A stretch of 64,000 bases of DNA, from contig NC_043007.1 of assembly GCF_006345805.1 (NCBI RefSeq), positions 41,912,001 to 41,976,000 of the forward strand. The letters run 5' to 3'. The notes beneath the pieces were generated by a model. That model had not been told where the DNA came from. It did not search any database and worked only from the letters and a program-made list of their open reading frames with translations. The DNA comes from Octopus sinensis. Lineage: Eukaryota. Position numbers and translations under genes: made by a program. Positions 37,603 to 49,625 of the stretch are shown piece by piece (the stretch's first letter is position 1; every line of letters begins with the position of its first letter).

Positions 37603-38760
37603 TGCCCTGATGCAGTACCAGGCAGTGGCTCTCATGGCTTCTGATCTTAACTGATTGGAAGTGTTATCATGTACATTGTTTTGTCTTGGTATAAAAGATG
37701 GGCTACAGCAAATATTCTGCTCAATACCACAGATTTGCTTGTCAGTTGTTTGACCTTAACCAGTTGAGCATGTCCCTTAGTGGCTGACGATATGTGCATC
37801 TCTGATCACGAGCAGAAGTAGTGGGGGAGCATCATAGCCATGTGTTGAGAGGGATTCTTTGGGGTTTGAATAATTCACCTCTGGAAACATGGGTGGTTCT
37901 TTCAACATCCTTAAACAACCCTTATTCAGGGACCTTTTGAGCGGGATGGGCTACTCAACCTGAAGAAAATTCTAACTGGGCCCCACCTGCAAGGTCATGT
38001 GCTGTTTATCTTGATATGAGATCACCATGTTGCGCACATATGGTTGTGATGCATGTGCCTGGTGTACCTTTATCAGACGGGTAGTCATGATGGGTATATT
38101 GGGCTTCGTATATTTTACCCCAGTGTCACTTTGATGGCATGCACTGCTCTCTCACTCAATAATAATAATAATGATAATAACATCAAAAAATACCTTAGGA
38201 ATGAGAAAATTTCCCCAAGACACTTGATGAAGGCTGGAGAGTATATCAGTCAAAACGTTGTGTTAACAACAAACAAGAGGAGGACAAATATCAGTCAAAT
38301 GTAAATAATGTAAATAATGTATAATCCACTTTGTCAAAGGCTTTTGCAAAATCAATGTATATTCCGTCCACATTTGAGTTGTTGAGTAACTGCCTCAACA
38401 CCCAGTCATAATGTTATAAGAGCTGAGTCAGGCAGCTCCTACTTGGTCGAAAGCCACACTGGGTATCACTCAGCAAGTTATTTTCTTCAAGGAATGCGAT
38501 TAGTTACCCTCTGACTATCCGTTCCGTGACTTTGCTGATGTGTGAAGTCAGAGAGATAGGCCTATAGTTTTTGGCATCTGCTCTGCTTCTCCCTTTATGG
38601 ATTGGGCATATTATTCCCTCCTTCAGCTTGCTTGGCAGTCTGCCATTTGCAAGAAATCTCTAGAAAAGAATCTGGAGGAGTTTTGCCAGGGCACGCTTAC
38701 ATGATTTGGGGACGATTGTTGGGACACCATCAGGACCAGCAGTTGAGCTTGCGTCCACCT
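36793..38760 (-). mobile_element. CR1-group LINE split by a SINE insertion (37498-38321)
   Basis: Right part QCGFRPSRSCLTQLL..IYIDFAKAFDKVD; left part LASYADDMK...DLGINMSDD...RTFRTRDKETM..SHLDYC..LSYWERL; the GVPQG segment is missing at the insertion site. Confidence 0.8.
37498..38321 (+). mobile_element. Long tRNA-headed SINE (family D) with a hammerhead-like 3' motif
   Basis: Head gggcatatggcgtagtggttaagag (box A), internal (AAT)n, ends in aatgtaaataatgta repeats; inserted in a CR1. Confidence 0.7.
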
Positions 38761-39538
38761 CATATGTATATATATGTATGTATATATGCATATATATATG
38801 CATATGTATGTGTATATATATATATATATATGTTTATATGTATATATGTATATATATATGTGTGTGTGTATGTGTATGTGTATATATATGTGTAAATATA
38901 TATGTATATATACAATGTACTCTAAGAGACACATGTAGCCTTGTTTACACTGTATTTCATCTAGAACGGTGTCTATTATTATTATTTTTTTAAAAGACAT
39001 CCGTTAGATTCTTATGTTATAGTTTTACTGCACATATACACTTGCATACACATTGATATATATTTTTTATTTTTAGTTTTTTGTCTCTCTCACCATTATT
39101 ATTGTTGACATCATTATTTTTCCTGTTCGCAACTTGGTTTGTAAATTACCAGATTTCCCTTATTGCCCCATCTATGTTCTCTTATTGTATCCTATTTTAT
39201 TTTTATTTTATTTTATTTTATTTTTATCTCATTTTACTTCATCTTATTAAACTTTTTTTGATGTCCTTCAAAAGATTCATCAATGATGAGAATGACAATG
39301 CATAAATTAAATTTTAAATTTTATTTTTATATTTATTCTTAATTTTAATTTTTTATTTTCAATTATAATCATAATCACTATGATTAAAATATTTTCTTAC
39401 ATTTTTGCATTGTATTTCGAAACGTATGTATGCAATGAATTCAGTTTTATAATAAATCTATATGTTTCAACATCTTCTCTCCGTTTTTTTAATACTTGTT
39501 TATGGTATATTCTTATACCTATAACAAATATCCTCAAG

Positions 39539-39572
<34 letters not shown>

Positions 39573-40312
39573 ATGTTTACTGTCCATGCTAGCACATGGG
39601 TAGGTTTATTCAACTAGATGGGCTGCTGAGCACCTCATCTAACTCAGCATTTCTTTCTGACTTGGTTTCTACAGCTGAGTGCTCTTCCGAACACAAACCA
39701 CTTCACAGAGTGTACTGAACTGTTTTTCATGACATCAGCTCCAGAGAAGTAGCCATGTCCTCATCGTGACTAAAGGGATCTCACAACCCCATATATTTTC
39801 TTGCTTGTCCACCTCTTTGTAGAGTAAGAAGCATGAACAATATAGGCATGAAAAATTGTGATAAGAGAGGTATGAGGTAGTGGAATTTTTCTTCGAAGTA
39901 CTCGGTATTCTGAGATTTGTACAAATATTCAAGGTAAAATTATTAGTCTCAGACAAAATATCTTGCAGTATTTATTTACAATCTTTTACATTCCAAGTGC
40001 AAATCCTGCTGGAGGCAACTTTATCTTTAATCGTTCTGGTGTTTGGTAAATACACCAGTGAATTAATGGAGTTGATGCAATCAACTATACTTCTCCCCAC
40101 AAACCTCAGGTTTAGTGTTTATGTTAAAATGAGCATGTAGGCACAGGTGTGGATGTATGGTTAAGAAGCTTGCTTCTCAACCATGTGGTCTTGGGTTTAG
40201 TCCCACAGTGTGATACCTTGAGTAAGTGTCTTCTACTATAGTCCTTGGCCGACCAAACCCCTGTAAGTGGATTGGTAGAAAGAGACTGAAAGAAGTTTGT
40301 CGTGTGTGTGCA

Positions 40313-40535
40313 TGTATGTATGTATGTATGTATGTATGTATGTATGTATGTATGTATGTATGTATGTATGTATGTATGTATGTATGTATTGTGTGTGTAT
40401 GTGTGTGCATGTGTGTGTATGTATGTATGTATGCATGTATGTATGTATGTGTGCATGCATGCATGCGTGTATGTATGTATGTATTGTGTGTGTATGTGTG
40501 TGCATGTGTGTGTATGTATGTATGTATGCATGTAT

Positions 40536-40570
<35 letters not shown>

Positions 40571-40620
40571 ATGTATGTATGTATGTGTGCATGCATGCAT
40601 GCGTGTATGTATGTATGTAT
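40313..40620. repeat. Compound (TATG)n/(TG)n/(CATG)n satellite
   Basis: Direct reading; similar tracts at 42409-43030, 45120-45310, 9780-9883. Confidence 0.95.
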
Positions 40621-40924
40621 CTTTGTGTTATGCTTGTCCCCACCAGTACCTGTCAATAGGTGATGGTTTGTTTACATCCCTTTAATTTAACAGTTCAACA
40701 AAAGAGACTATTAGAATAAGTACCAAAATAAGTACTAGGGGCGATCTGCCAGCATAGCCACAGTCCATTAACTGAAGCAAGTCAAAGATAAAAGATAAAG
40801 GATATTATATCTTCACAATAATAAAAAAAAAATCAAACTATTTTAGAAAATGTGAAAGGAAAAAAGGTAAGGGATCAAAGTGTGAGTTATATATCAGATT
40901 TGCAGGTTAAATATTGGCACTTAC

Positions 40925-40952
40925 AGTTGTTTTAATAGCTTCAAGCCAACTC
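40925..40952 (-). CDS. PH-domain gene exon 5, 28-nt micro-exon with the PH C-terminal helix
   Basis: ttttttttctcattccag|G AGT TGG CTT GAA GCT ATT AAA ACA ACT|gtaagt; SWLEAIKTT supplies the invariant PH Trp and converts phase 2 to phase 0 as required. Confidence 0.85.
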
Positions 40953-41244
40953 CTGGAATGAGAAAAAAAATTAGGAATTCAGAATAAATAAGCAACTAAT
41001 AAAAAATAATTAATAATTAAAATGATCGAATATATCCACATAGGTTCAGGCATGGGTGTATGATTAAGAAGTTTGTTTTGCAATCATATGATATCAGGTT
41101 GACTTCTATTGTGCAGTACCTTGGGTGTATATCTTCTACTATAGACTCAGGTTGACCAGTGCCTTGTGAGTGAATTTGGGAAATAGAAACTCTGTGAAAG
41201 CCTGTTGTGTAAATATATACATACATACATACATATATACATAC

Positions 41245-41277
<33 letters not shown>

Positions 41278-41338
41278 TGTATGTATATGTATGTATGTAT
41301 GTATGTATGTATACATGTATGTATATTTATATATATAT

Positions 41339-41383
<45 letters not shown>

Positions 41384-42081
41384 TAGGTTTACCAGGGACA
41401 TACGTGGTTGCTTCACCTATGTGTGGCCATGTATGTGTGTGTGTCTACATGTGTCTGTATGTGAGTATTTATCCCTCTTCCGCCACTTGATAACCAGTTT
41501 GTTTATGTTTTTGCAACCTAGCTCAGCAAAATGACCAATACAAAAAAAGCCCCAAGCTTATAATAAAAGTAAAGGGGTTAATTCATTAGACTGAAACCCT
41601 TCAAATCAGTACCTCAGACTGCAGTCCAATGTCCAACACAAGTAAAAAGGAAAGAAAAACCCGACCATCTTGGAACATTCATGGCAATACACTGGAGAGA
41701 AGATATATCAGACATCTGCAACATATCATAACCCTGACACTATCACATGGGATACACAGGAGATATTTTCCTGATGCCCATGCATCAGATATGACACACA
41801 TTCCCAATTTTTTTTTTTTAACCACCAAGGTAACTTGAGACCTATAACTCAGAATGTGTGAAACAGGGGTAAACTAAAATCTGAAAACAAGCACTGACAT
41901 TTAGAACAAACTTGTGAAAATGTTTTGGATAGAGAAAGAAGTCTGAAAGGAAAAAATAAAATTAAAGCTAGAATGCTTTTAATTATAGGACTGCTCAATT
42001 GGAGTTGACCTGAGGGTTAAACAACAATAGCATCCATAAATAAGAAAGCTACCCGTCTCCTGCCTTGTCCATTCTACTTAC

Positions 42082-42245
42082 CCTAAGTTGTCTGCATCCG
42101 TGAATAAGAACCATTCAATCTTGCTGCTTCTACAAGGTTTGTCTGGTACAGCCATTAAAAGCTTATCTTGTCCATAAGGTGGCAGTTTAGGTTTACCAGG
42201 AACATACTTGGCTGCTTCACCAATGGCTAGGAATGACATTATTTG
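42082..42245 (-). CDS. PH-domain gene exon 4
   Basis: cag|CAA...GG|gtaagt; 164 nt, [54 protein letters not shown](G). Confidence 0.88.
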
Positions 42246-42546
42246 CTGGGAAATAAAAAGGAAAGAACTAAATTCTTTGTTTGGCACGAGATCAGTAAAG
42301 GCATTAAAACTGTCTACCAGAGCCTTAAGTTAACTAGTGCCTTGTGAACGAATTTGGCTGACAGAAACTGTAGGGAATCACCTCACACACACACATACGC
42401 ACACACACGTATGTATGTATGTATGTATGTATGTATGTATGTATGTATGTATGTATGCATGCATGCATGTATGTATGTATGTATGTATGTATGCATGCAT
42501 GCATGCATGTATGTATGTATGTATGTATGTATGTATGTACGTTTGC

Positions 42547-42586
<40 letters not shown>

Positions 42587-43256
42587 ACAGGAAAAAACAA
42601 CAAAAGTCAATTAGATATATGCATTGAATGTATGTATGTATGTATGTATGCATGCATGCATGCATGCACGTATGTATGTATGTATGTATGTATGTATGTA
42701 TGTATGTATGTATGTATGTATGTATGTATGCATGCATGCATGCACGTATGTATGCATGCATGCACATATGTATGCATGCATGCATGTATGTATGTATGTA
42801 TGTATGTATGTATGTATGTTGTATGTATGTATGTATGTATGTATGTATGCATGTATGCACGCACGTACGTATGTACGCATGCATGCACGTATGTATGTAT
42901 GTATGTATGTATGTATGCATGCATGCATGCATGCACGTATGTATGTATGTATGTATGTATGTATGTATGTATGTATGTATGTATGTATGCATGCATGCAT
43001 GTACGTACGTACATATGTATGTATGTATGTTAGTATTTGTCCCCATTACACACAACTTGACAACTAGTGTTGGTTTATTTACATCCCTGTTACTTAATGG
43101 TTTGGCAAAAAAGACAAAAAAATCTGATGGAATAAGTACCAAACTTTAAAATAAGCACTGGGATCGATTTGTGTGACTAAACCCTTTGCAGTAGTGCCCC
43201 AGCATGGTCACAGTCCAATGAGTGAAATAAGTAAAGGATAGAAGATAATGAGATAC

Positions 43257-43372
43257 CTTCAAATTAACAACACCTTCCAAAGATTTGCATTCTTCATCTT
43301 CAAACCATTCCAGATTACTGTCGCTATTCAATACTAAATATTTCTTTTTCCAGTCTTTAGAAAATAGTTTTT
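43257..43372 (-). CDS. PH-domain gene exon 3
   Basis: cag|AA...AAG|gtatct; 116 nt, KLFSKDWKKKYLVLNSDSNLEWFEDEECKSLEGVVNLK, typical PH beta2-beta4 (WKKxYxVL...LxWF...GxxxL). Confidence 0.9.
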
Positions 43373-44911
43373 CTGAAATGAATAACAATAATTCCAATAA
43401 TCCTAATAATCTCAATGTAAATTCAAAAGGTCTTTTTTTTTAAACTTTAGTTCAGCTCTTATCAAAAAGTTTTATTATGAACATTCCATTTTTTATTTTC
43501 TTATTAAATAGAGCATCTAGTAAAGACAAATGGCTTACTGGTGTGGATGTTGAGCTCATGGCTGTTAGGAGTAGATAGAATAATTACCAGTCAAGATATG
43601 CAGTTGTCACTAAATTTGCCCTTTCTACTATAAGGTCCCATGCTCTGATAAAATGTGAAGCTACAATACAGAAGCACAGATCCACTTAGATATCATAAGG
43701 CATTTGATCCAGCATGTTACCAAGTCTGTTATTGACCACCGTAACCTATTAGCATTTAAACCAGCCATATCTATCCTAAATATTCCACCTGCTTCAAGTT
43801 CCTAACCAGCCAAATCCAACCTTTCAGGTTACCCTACAATGTCATTCTAAAAATAAACAATCATAGCATTTAAATCTGAGAGCTATTAGATAATGCATGA
43901 TTAATTTAAAACAATGTCAATAAATAAGCATTACATTTAGCAGAGTAATCTGAATGCTAAAGGGTTATTAATCTGTTATGAGGATAATAATGATAATGGA
44001 ATACCCCTCCCATGTGACAAGTGATATGTGCTAGTCATTACAAATACAGTGACATCAAGAGGTCGGTGGGTAGTCAGTGTAACTAATTATACTGCTATAC
44101 AGGAGTGGGTGATATAACAGTCCGACATTGGATTACAACATTGCCGACAGGGAATTAACAAACTCATGAGAAATTAACAAACTCACAAGGATTAAACAAA
44201 CTCACAAGGAGTTACGAAACTCACAAAAGTTCTTTGTTCGAATTTTACAGAATACAAAAGCGTAAAATTATATATGTATGTATGTATGTATGTACGTATG
44301 TATGTATGTGAATTCTATGTGATCGATCTACCTCTCTGGAAGTGGAAATAATATCAATAAATCAAGTATTTATCTTATATGTTATATAATATAGTATTAT
44401 TCATGTTAATTGTTTAACCACATGCCACTATTCACTCAGTTATTTCTGTAAGCTGATTTTCATTTCATTTATGCAAATTACCAGGGCCATAAATGTTTTC
44501 TTTTTTTTTTTTTTTGTACATGCCTAAATGTCTCATTTGCTGAAGATAAAGCAGGACATTTTTATACTGATGAGGCCAACTGAGGCAGAAACATATGCCC
44601 GCTGTTTTCCTTCAAAGACTCAGAGGGTCTTTTCCTTAAGGATAATTTCAATAAATCAAGAATTTTCCTGTATTTTTTTTTTAAGCATTCGCTCATTACA
44701 AGATCCTAAAGACCACTGAAAACATAAGAGCTACTAGAATAAAATGGATGCTAAACAGAAGTCAATAGGTGACAATGTTATTTAATATACTTTTAATTGT
44801 CTTTGTTGTTCAGCTACATACCTTGGTCACTAAGTTATTTCTTTTAGCTCATTTCCATTTCACATACACACACACATGTACTTTTGTACGTAATTTTTTC
44901 TTTATACTTAC

Positions 44912-44956
44912 TGTGGTAATGGATGATAAAGCCAGTTTTCACTTGAATTGGTATAC
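44912..44956 (-). CDS. PH-domain gene exon 2 (PH strand beta1)
   Basis: cag|GT...A|gtaagt; 45 nt, (G)IPIQVKTGFIIHYH(K); VKxG beta1 pattern, phase 1 to phase 1. Confidence 0.8.
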
Positions 44957-46071
44957 CTGTATGTATATCAAACTGTTAATTAATCAAACAGGTAAACCAC
45001 CAAAAATAAATTAAACATTAAGAGGCTGTATCCTAAATGTGTATTAATAGTTATTTATACATACAGGTAAAATGCTCCCAATAAGAAAAATTGAGTATTG
45101 TATAACTTATAATAAAAATGAATATATGTATATATTTATGTATTTATGCATGTACGTACGTATGTATGTATGTATGTATGTATGTATGTATGTATGTACG
45201 TATGTATGTATGTATGTATGTATGTATGTATGTATGTATGCATGTATGTATGCATGCATGTATGTGTGTGTATTCATATATATATATGTTATATATGTAT
45301 GCATGTGTATATTTATATTTATGTGTGTCTTTGTATATACACACATACATATCTACATACACACACACACACCACACACACATATATATATAATATATGG
45401 ATGTATGTAATTTTGGGTATAAAATCCATTCACATTGCTTTAGTCAGCCTGAAGCTATAGTAGAAGACACTTGCTTAAGCTGCCTTGAAGTGAGAGTGAA
45501 CCTAAACTCATATGGTTAAGAAGCAAACTTCTTATTGCATAGCTACATTTATGTTGTGTATGTGAATATGATAACTATTTGAAAATCAACCAAAATAAGT
45601 TGAAATTATTTTTCTGTCATTTAGATTTAAAATATCATCAGTTTCTGATGATCCTGGTAAAACTGAAAGCATAGTTTCTCTGCTAAAATAAAATAAATCT
45701 GTCATAGCTATAAATATCTGTTGTACAGTACTTGGTATAACTTGTATTAAGCCCTCTTTGTATTTTTCTCTCCTTGAACATTGAATTCAAGTACACACAT
45801 CATTATCTCATCACCATCATCATGATTATATTGTTCAGACTTGGATGACGTAGAAAGCAGACAGGCCATACTGCATTGCACAGGATTGGAAACATGAAAC
45901 ACCAACAGGGCACTTCTGAAGAATGGACGAATGGATTTGTTGTGCCTTTACCCAAAAAAACAAACTGTTGTTGTGACTCACAGTCATTTGAGTTTGATTG
46001 CATGACCACTTCTGGAAGCTACACTCACCACCTGCAATTAGCACCCCCCCATTTAGTCGGACAAGTAAATA

Positions 46072-46554
46072 CAGGGTGTCTCAGAATTAATGATGATTTG
46101 AATGAAATCAGATGTATTTTTTGTAAAACTCACTTCACTTTTATCTATGTTTATCATGTTTAATATGTGTTAAAAGTGTATTTTGAATTTTGTTAATAAT
46201 TTTATTTTCATTCTTGTTGGACCCCTCTTATTTGTCCATGACAGCTTTTCTTTTCAATTTGATAGCAATCATTTTCTTTACCTCCATCCCCAAGATGGAG
46301 CAAATCGTTTAGCTGAACTTAAAGAACATATTTAATTAGCAGTGCTGGAGCTAACTCCTGAAATGCTTCAAATTGTGTTTCACGATGCTAAGGGGAGATT
46401 TATAGTATGCAGGGATACAGAGATATTGAAAATTTTCAATAAGAGTTTGACATAAGATTTATCAATTTATTTGTTTTGATAATAACCATAAAATTCTGTC
46501 AGTTTTTTAAAATTTGCTCAATTTCATTGAAACAGTTAATTCTGGAATGCCCTA
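46072..46554 (+). mobile_element. Internally deleted mariner-type element
   Basis: TA-flanked imperfect TIRs cagggtgtctcagaattaa..aatgaaat / atttcattgaaacagttaattctggaatgcccta; internal LKEHI.LAVLELTPEMLQ resembles a mariner transposase C-terminus. Confidence 0.7.
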
Positions 46555-47267
46555 TATAGTGTACCATTGTTAGTTGTTGCGTTGCTCAAGTAAATATTAA
46601 AATCAAAGGTTTTCTTGCCATAAACATCCCCTCTTTTTATTAAGCATATTGTATCAAGGAGTATGAGAAGCTTGCTTTCCAACCAAGTCGCCTTGGGTTC
46701 AGTCCCACTGTGTGGCACGTTGGGCAATTCTCTTTCATTAAAGCTCCATGCCGACCAAAGCTGTGTGTCTTATATAATTGCCATTACTGTATTGATATAG
46801 AAAATAACACACAACTCACTTATCATCGTCAGATACTAAACAAATAGAAGTTCTTGTATAAAATTGATCTTCTTTCTACTTCAACTATTACATGTTGTTT
46901 TTCTTCTTATAAAATACACACATACAGGAGGAGTAAATCTATATATATAATAACACTTTGAATGTGGCACCCGAGAAGGAGTAAAAGTAATTACCCGATC
47001 AATGACGGGTATTACTGCTATAATATATATATACATATATAGTCTGTTGTCTATATAGTCTATACATTTCGTTTGTACACTCAAACACATACACATGCAT
47101 ACTTAATCTGTCAAAGACTGGTGGGCCAAAGCTTCAATGTTACTGTCATCCCAATTCTTGTAAAAGTTTAATAAGCATCTGCTAAAAGTAGTGGATTCCT
47201 TGCATTTAAAGTTAAATAGTTTTTATATATTAACTTGACATAAAGACAAATATTAATACATACACAA

Positions 47268-47327
<60 letters not shown>

Positions 47328-47449
47328 ATGTATGTGTGTATATATATAGATATATATATAGGGAGAGTTTATGAAAAAACAAAAGATGAAGACAGGTGGT
47401 GTACAAAACAAACAGATGTATTAGTATAACGCTCAGGAATAGAAAAAGT

Positions 47450-47485
47450 CTTTTACGTTTCGAGCCTACGCTCTTCTACAGAAAG
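47450..47485 (-). ncRNA. Minimal hammerhead-like motif with A6U core variant
   Basis: CTTT-CTGTAGA-A-GAGC-GTAG-GCTC-GAAA-CGT-A-AAAG: stems I and II perfect, loopless palindromic stem III (ACGU), GUA triplet. Confidence 0.5.
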
Positions 47486-47613
47486 GGACACAGAAAAAAC
47501 AAGGAGAGAAAAAAATGTGTGTAGTGGTTAACGATCTACCATAGCGATATATATATATATATATCCATACACACACACACACGTATACACACATACACAC
47601 ACACATATCTTAC

Positions 47614-47626
47614 CTGAAGCATCCAT
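47614..47626 (-). CDS. PH-domain (evectin/PLEKHB-like) gene, putative first coding exon
   Basis: ATG GAT GCT TCA G|gtaag (MDAS, phase 1); upstream acceptor ttccttcag at ~47696 implies a further non-coding exon; phase matches the next exon. Confidence 0.55.
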
Positions 47627-48502
47627 GACAAAGTCCTTTTTTGTTTTCTGGGGGTTTTTTTTTTAAGTAGAAGTCAGTAAAATTCAGATTAGTTCCTGAA
47701 GGAAATGGTGAAACTGATGTTGGTGTTTTTCCACCCTGACGGTCTCTAACAAATAATACAACGGAGAAGAATCAGTCACACAAAATATTGAAATGTTCAG
47801 CTATGGCAACATCATATTTACCGAGTTTCGTCTTCCAATTAGAATCCAGTAAGATTTCAACACGGACCATTGTTTGAGAAAGTAATAATGGCATGTAGGT
47901 TGGTCTTATTTGATTAAGACATTCACAATGGTGTTTGCTCACTGCCTAATTGATTGACAAATTTCTCATCATGTGTGTCAGTTTGGTGCAGTTTGAGACC
48001 TTCATTGAACATTGATGGACTGGTATGGTGGGAGTGGAGTTGATTATGTTTTTGTTAGCCATTCATATTTCATTTTCAGATGGTTAAAATTGATGTGGTG
48101 GTGGATGTGGTGGGGTAAGCTCTGGGTAAGATGTATGCTCTATGTGGGTTGTGACTTCTTTATAATAAATGTTAAGAACTGGGTAGACTCTTTTCAATCA
48201 AAATGTAAGCTCTTTATGAAACAAATCCAGACTAAGTAGATTGGGATCTTTTTACAAAGAAAAGAAAGAGGCCTGGAATGAGAGCTTTTTTGTGTAGCTA
48301 AGAAGTTCACTTTGTGACGACTTACTTTCAGCTTCTGTCCCACTAATGTGCAACACCTTATGTAAATGTCTTCTACTAGAACCCCAGCCCAACCAATGCC
48401 TTGTTAATGAATTTGGGAGACAAAAGTAGTGAGGAAGCCCAGTGCCATAAAAAGTACTTTCTAAACGTGGTTGATGTCAGCGCTGCCTAACTGGTGTCTG
48501 TG

Positions 48503-49383
48503 TCATCATCATCATCATCATCATCATTTAGCATCCGTTTTCCATGCTAGCATGGGTTGGACGGTTCAACTGGGGTCTGTGAAGCCGGAAGGCTTCATCA
48601 GGCCCAGTCAGATCTGGCAGTGTTTCTATGGCTGGATGCCCTTCCTAACGCCAACCACTCTGTGAGTGTAGTGGGTGCTTTTTACGTGCCACCCGCACAG
48701 GTGCCAGACAGAGCTGGCAAACAGCCACGAATGGATGGTGCTTTTACATGCCATCGGCACGGGGCTAGGCGAGGCTGGCAACGGACACAAACGGATGGTG
48801 CTTTTTACGTGCCACCGGCACGAGGCCAGTCGGGGCGGTGCTGGCAACGGTCACGAACGGATGGTTCTCTTACGTGCCACCGGCACTGGTAACTCAGCTG
48901 CAATTTCCATTGATCGATTTTGATTCTGATCCTCACTTGCCTCAACAGGTCTTCACAAGTAGAGTTTTGTGTCCCAAGAAGGGAAGGTATGCATACGTAG
49001 GCTGGCTCCATCCCATGTAGAAGGCCACGGGTTATGGTCTCAGTTGTCCTGCCGGGTCTTCTCGCGCACAGCACACTTCCAGAGGTCTTGGTCTCTAGTC
49101 ATTTCCTCAGTGAGACCTAAAGTTCGAAGGTCGTGCTTCACCACCTCGTCCCAGGTTTTCCTGGGTCTGCCTCTTCCACAGGTTCCCTCAACCGCTAGGG
49201 TGTGGCACTTTTTCACACAACTATCTTCATCCATTCTCGCCACATGCCCATACCAGCGCAAACATCTCTCTTGCACACCACAACTGATGCTTCTTAGGTC
49301 CAGCTTTTCTCTCAAGGTACTTACGCTCTGTCGAGTATGAGTACTGACATTACACATCCATGAGTACTGACATTACACATCCA
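48503..49383 (-). mobile_element. 5'-truncated RTE copy (ORF end + 3' UTR + tail)
   Basis: MCNVSTHTRQSVSTLREKLDLRSISCGVQERCLRWYGHVARMDEDSCVKKCHTLAVEGTCGRGRPRKTWDEVVKHDL; 23-bp direct repeat at the 5' junction (49337-49382). Confidence 0.9.
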
Positions 49384-49384
49384 A

Positions 49385-49625
49385 TGACACGTAAAAAGCA
49401 CCAACTGATCATGGCCGTTTACCAGTCTCCTCTGGACCCTGTGCCGGTGGAACGTAAAAAGCACCCACAACACTCACAGAGTGGTTGGCATTAGGAAGGG
49501 CATCCAGCTGTAGAAACACTGCCAGATTGGACTGGAGCCTAGCATAGCCTCCTGGCTTCCCAGACCCCGGTCGAACCGTCCAACCCATGCAAGCATGGAA
49601 AATGGACATTAAACGATGATGATGA
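49385..49625 (+). mobile_element. RTE 3' UTR fragment head-to-head with the previous copy
   Basis: Family 3' end with (GAT)n tail then (TA)n. Confidence 0.85.

Noticed and set aside
42334-43149. Many long ORFs of HTYI/MYVC type (also at 40124-40685, 9672-9973, 45072-45460)
   Set aside because: Translations of stop-free (TATG)n/(CATA)n microsatellites; no coding signal
45645-45680. CTGATGA...GAAAG motif
   Set aside because: Stems I-III do not pair
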